Shown here: piece after piece, positions 62,193 to 64,000 of the stretch
Numbering within the stretch: position 1 is the stretch's first letter
How the letters are laid out: each line of letters starts with the position of its first letter
Source of the DNA: Elsinoe ampelina
Taxonomy: Eukaryota
Length of the DNA stretch: 64,000 nt
Assembly: GCA_010093995.1 (NCBI GenBank)
Contig: ML992502.1
Span: forward strand, 1,646,312-1,710,311
Direction of reading: 5' to 3'
Program-made: the position numbers and the translations under genes
The notes under the pieces: model-generated
The model's database searches: none
What the model was told of the DNA's origin: nothing
What the model saw: the letters and a program-made list of their open reading frames with translations, nothing else

Positions 62193-63349
62193 GGTATGCA
62201 GGGCAGGGGAGGGAGCTCCGAGTGTTTCAACGCGGCGGAGGGAGTGTTGATGTGACCGAACAAGACGATCGCTGTCTATAGTGCTTGCAAATGAGAGAAC
62301 AAGGAGAGAAATGTGCCCGCTTCTATTCAAAGGAACGATGTGAGGAAAAAGGTCAGCTGGACCCGTCTTGGTGTGGGAGGGGAAGGACGGTTGGCAGCGT
62401 AGCGAAAGAACCAGAAGCAGTCAACTGCTTGAGACATCGTCATCGTCTGGGGCATTGGTCGCCCGAAACGTGCCTGAGTGTGGGGAAGGAGGTCCGAGCT
62501 TGACGGGGAGAGTCATGCAGGTATACTGGGAAGAAGGTGCATGAGGCAAGTGAGTACAGAATGTCATTGGGCTGTGGTGTGATCTCTTACAGGGCGATGT
62601 CTGGCGGTCTTGAAAGAAGTCATGGGAAACTGTTCATGACAAGCTTGCACAACACAAGGCACGAAACGTGAGCTATAGAATCCACAGATCGATTGCTGGG
62701 GGTATTTTGAACAAGCAAAAAACAATGCATCAAAGCGCTACGGACTAACGCGAGCCATTAGAAAATAAGACTAGTCGACAGTAGGTCGGATCGTCATCTA
62801 TCCCATGTTGCTCTCCCTCTGTCCCATCCTCGAGCACTCTATGCTCGACGGACTTCAACGACAGCTGACTGTCAAGTGCAGGGGTGTCGAGAGGTCGACA
62901 TCTTGCATCTTTCCCTTCGGCTGTTGTACTCGATCGAACTTTGATGGTCATGACGCTTTTTGGTATACCGGAGATGTAAGGAAAAGAGGACTTCGGATGT
63001 GGTAGTCTGAGATCGGCCGTCACAGGATCCGCGTGGTGAGGTGAAGCTCTGAGAGGAGTTGAGATGAGTGGATATTATAACGAGTGTTGGGTAGCAAATA
63101 AGGGATTTTGGTTTGGCCTGGGGAAGGCTGCAGGTTTACAGAAGCTGAGTCCACCAGAGTGCCTTGCAAAGTGTGCACTGCCAGACAGATCATCTGCCGT
63201 TGCTGCAGTCCCCCATTACGAGGTATGCAGTAGCGAGTAGGACCCTCTGGCAGAAAGCAAGCGGATAATCAGACAGGGGAAATTGTCTGTTGACCATATG
63301 TCGATGGACCGATATAGGTGTGGAGAGGATAAGGAGGACTGCGCGCGTT

Positions 63350-64000
63350 CTATGCGGCTTCGCCGGCTGGAGCTTGGCTGCGGCGCATCTTCTCGGCCTC
63401 CAGGTTTTCGTACAAAAGATAGAGAGCCTTCTCGTTGGCGGTGGCGCTGCCAGTGATAGTGAACATACGCTCGCCAGACTCGTCGTGAGGTGCCTTGGCT
63501 ATCGAGATGCGAGCACCGGAGCTCTTGCGAATCTCCGAGATCTTGCTACCTGCACGACCAATGATACAGCCGACCATATCCGCAGGAATGCTGATGTTCT
63601 GGGTAGAGATTTCCTCACCGTCTTCGTTGACACCGCTGGAAACAGTGCCGACCTGAGGAGGATTCGCGCCAGCATCCGAGCGCCTAGAGTAGCGTGGAGC
63701 ACCCTCGCTGAAGTCAGTACCGTTGCCAGTCCTGGCAAAAGGCCTTGGTGCGTTGTAACCGCTTCCATTGGTGGCGGCACCTCCGGTCTGAACACGAACA
63801 GCAGGGTTGTAGAGCACAGTGCCGTATCCGCGTTGCTCGTCATCTACCAAGCACCTGCCAATCTCCCAAACGGCCTTCTGGATTGCATCGGGTGTACCTT
63901 GGACTTCGACAATGCGCTCGGTCGACTGGGGGAGCATCTCCTTCTGCGCGACCATGCGGACGCCGGATGAATCCTGGATATGCTTGATCTTGAGCCCTTG
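63350..64000 (-). CDS. KH-domain RNA-binding protein (hnRNP K/Pbp2/Hek2/Rnc1-like), 5' part outside window
   Basis: QGLKIKHIQ..SGVRMVAQKEMLPQSTERIVEVQG (KH2) and QNISIPADMVGCIIGRAGSKISEIRKSSGARISI (KH3). Confidence 0.9.
   Translation of the reverse strand, partial: QGLKIKHIQDSSGVRMVAQKEMLPQSTERIVEVQGTPDAIQKAVWEIGRCLVDDEQRGYGTVLYNPAVRVQTGGAATNGSGYNAPRPFARTGNGTDFSEGAPRYSRRSDAGANPPQVGTVSSGVNEDGEEISTQNISIPADMVGCIIGRAGSKISEIRKSSGARISIAKAPHDESGERMFTITGSATANEKALYLLYENLEAEKMRRSQAPAGEAA

Noticed and set aside
1..64000. CRISPR arrays, tRNA/rRNA genes, secondary-metabolite cluster
   Set aside because: No repeat-spacer array, cloverleaf or rRNA-like sequence recognised, and no PKS/NRPS/terpene backbone gene; neighbours are unrelated housekeeping genes.

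Overview
Gene-dense window from a filamentous ascomycete (Pezizomycotina-type short GT..CTRAC..AG introns, RIP-mutated repeats). About 22 intron-containing housekeeping and regulatory genes can be reconstructed by hand. They include VPS15 (partial), two short-chain dehydrogenases, an EF-hand external NADH dehydrogenase, a KRE2/MNT1 mannosyltransferase, PAT1, LEA1/U2A', a sulfotransferase-like P-loop protein, an F-box protein, xlnR, an aldehyde dehydrogenase, a GPI cell-wall protein, TIP41, Aurora kinase, ATP23, PRO1, SEC27, MSB2-type mucin, glutaminase GtaA and a partial KH-domain protein. Two AT-rich islands are RIP-destroyed DNA transposons with intact ends. The first is a PIF/Harbinger element (16366-19239, CAG TSD, transposase plus Myb/SANT gene). 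The second is a Tc1/IS630-type element (37502-40921, TA TSD, spans an N gap) that appears to carry a second, intron-containing, convergent gene and sits in an apparent older excision footprint. Most notable non-genic signals: recurring strand-symmetric C-rich to G-rich skew switches that ignore gene orientation, a perfect 15-bp inverted repeat of XlnR-type sites in the divergent xlnR/ALDH promoter, a long structured intron in PRO1, and a potential stwintron in the MSB2 leader. All calls come from reading the sequence and recalled family motifs; no searches were run.
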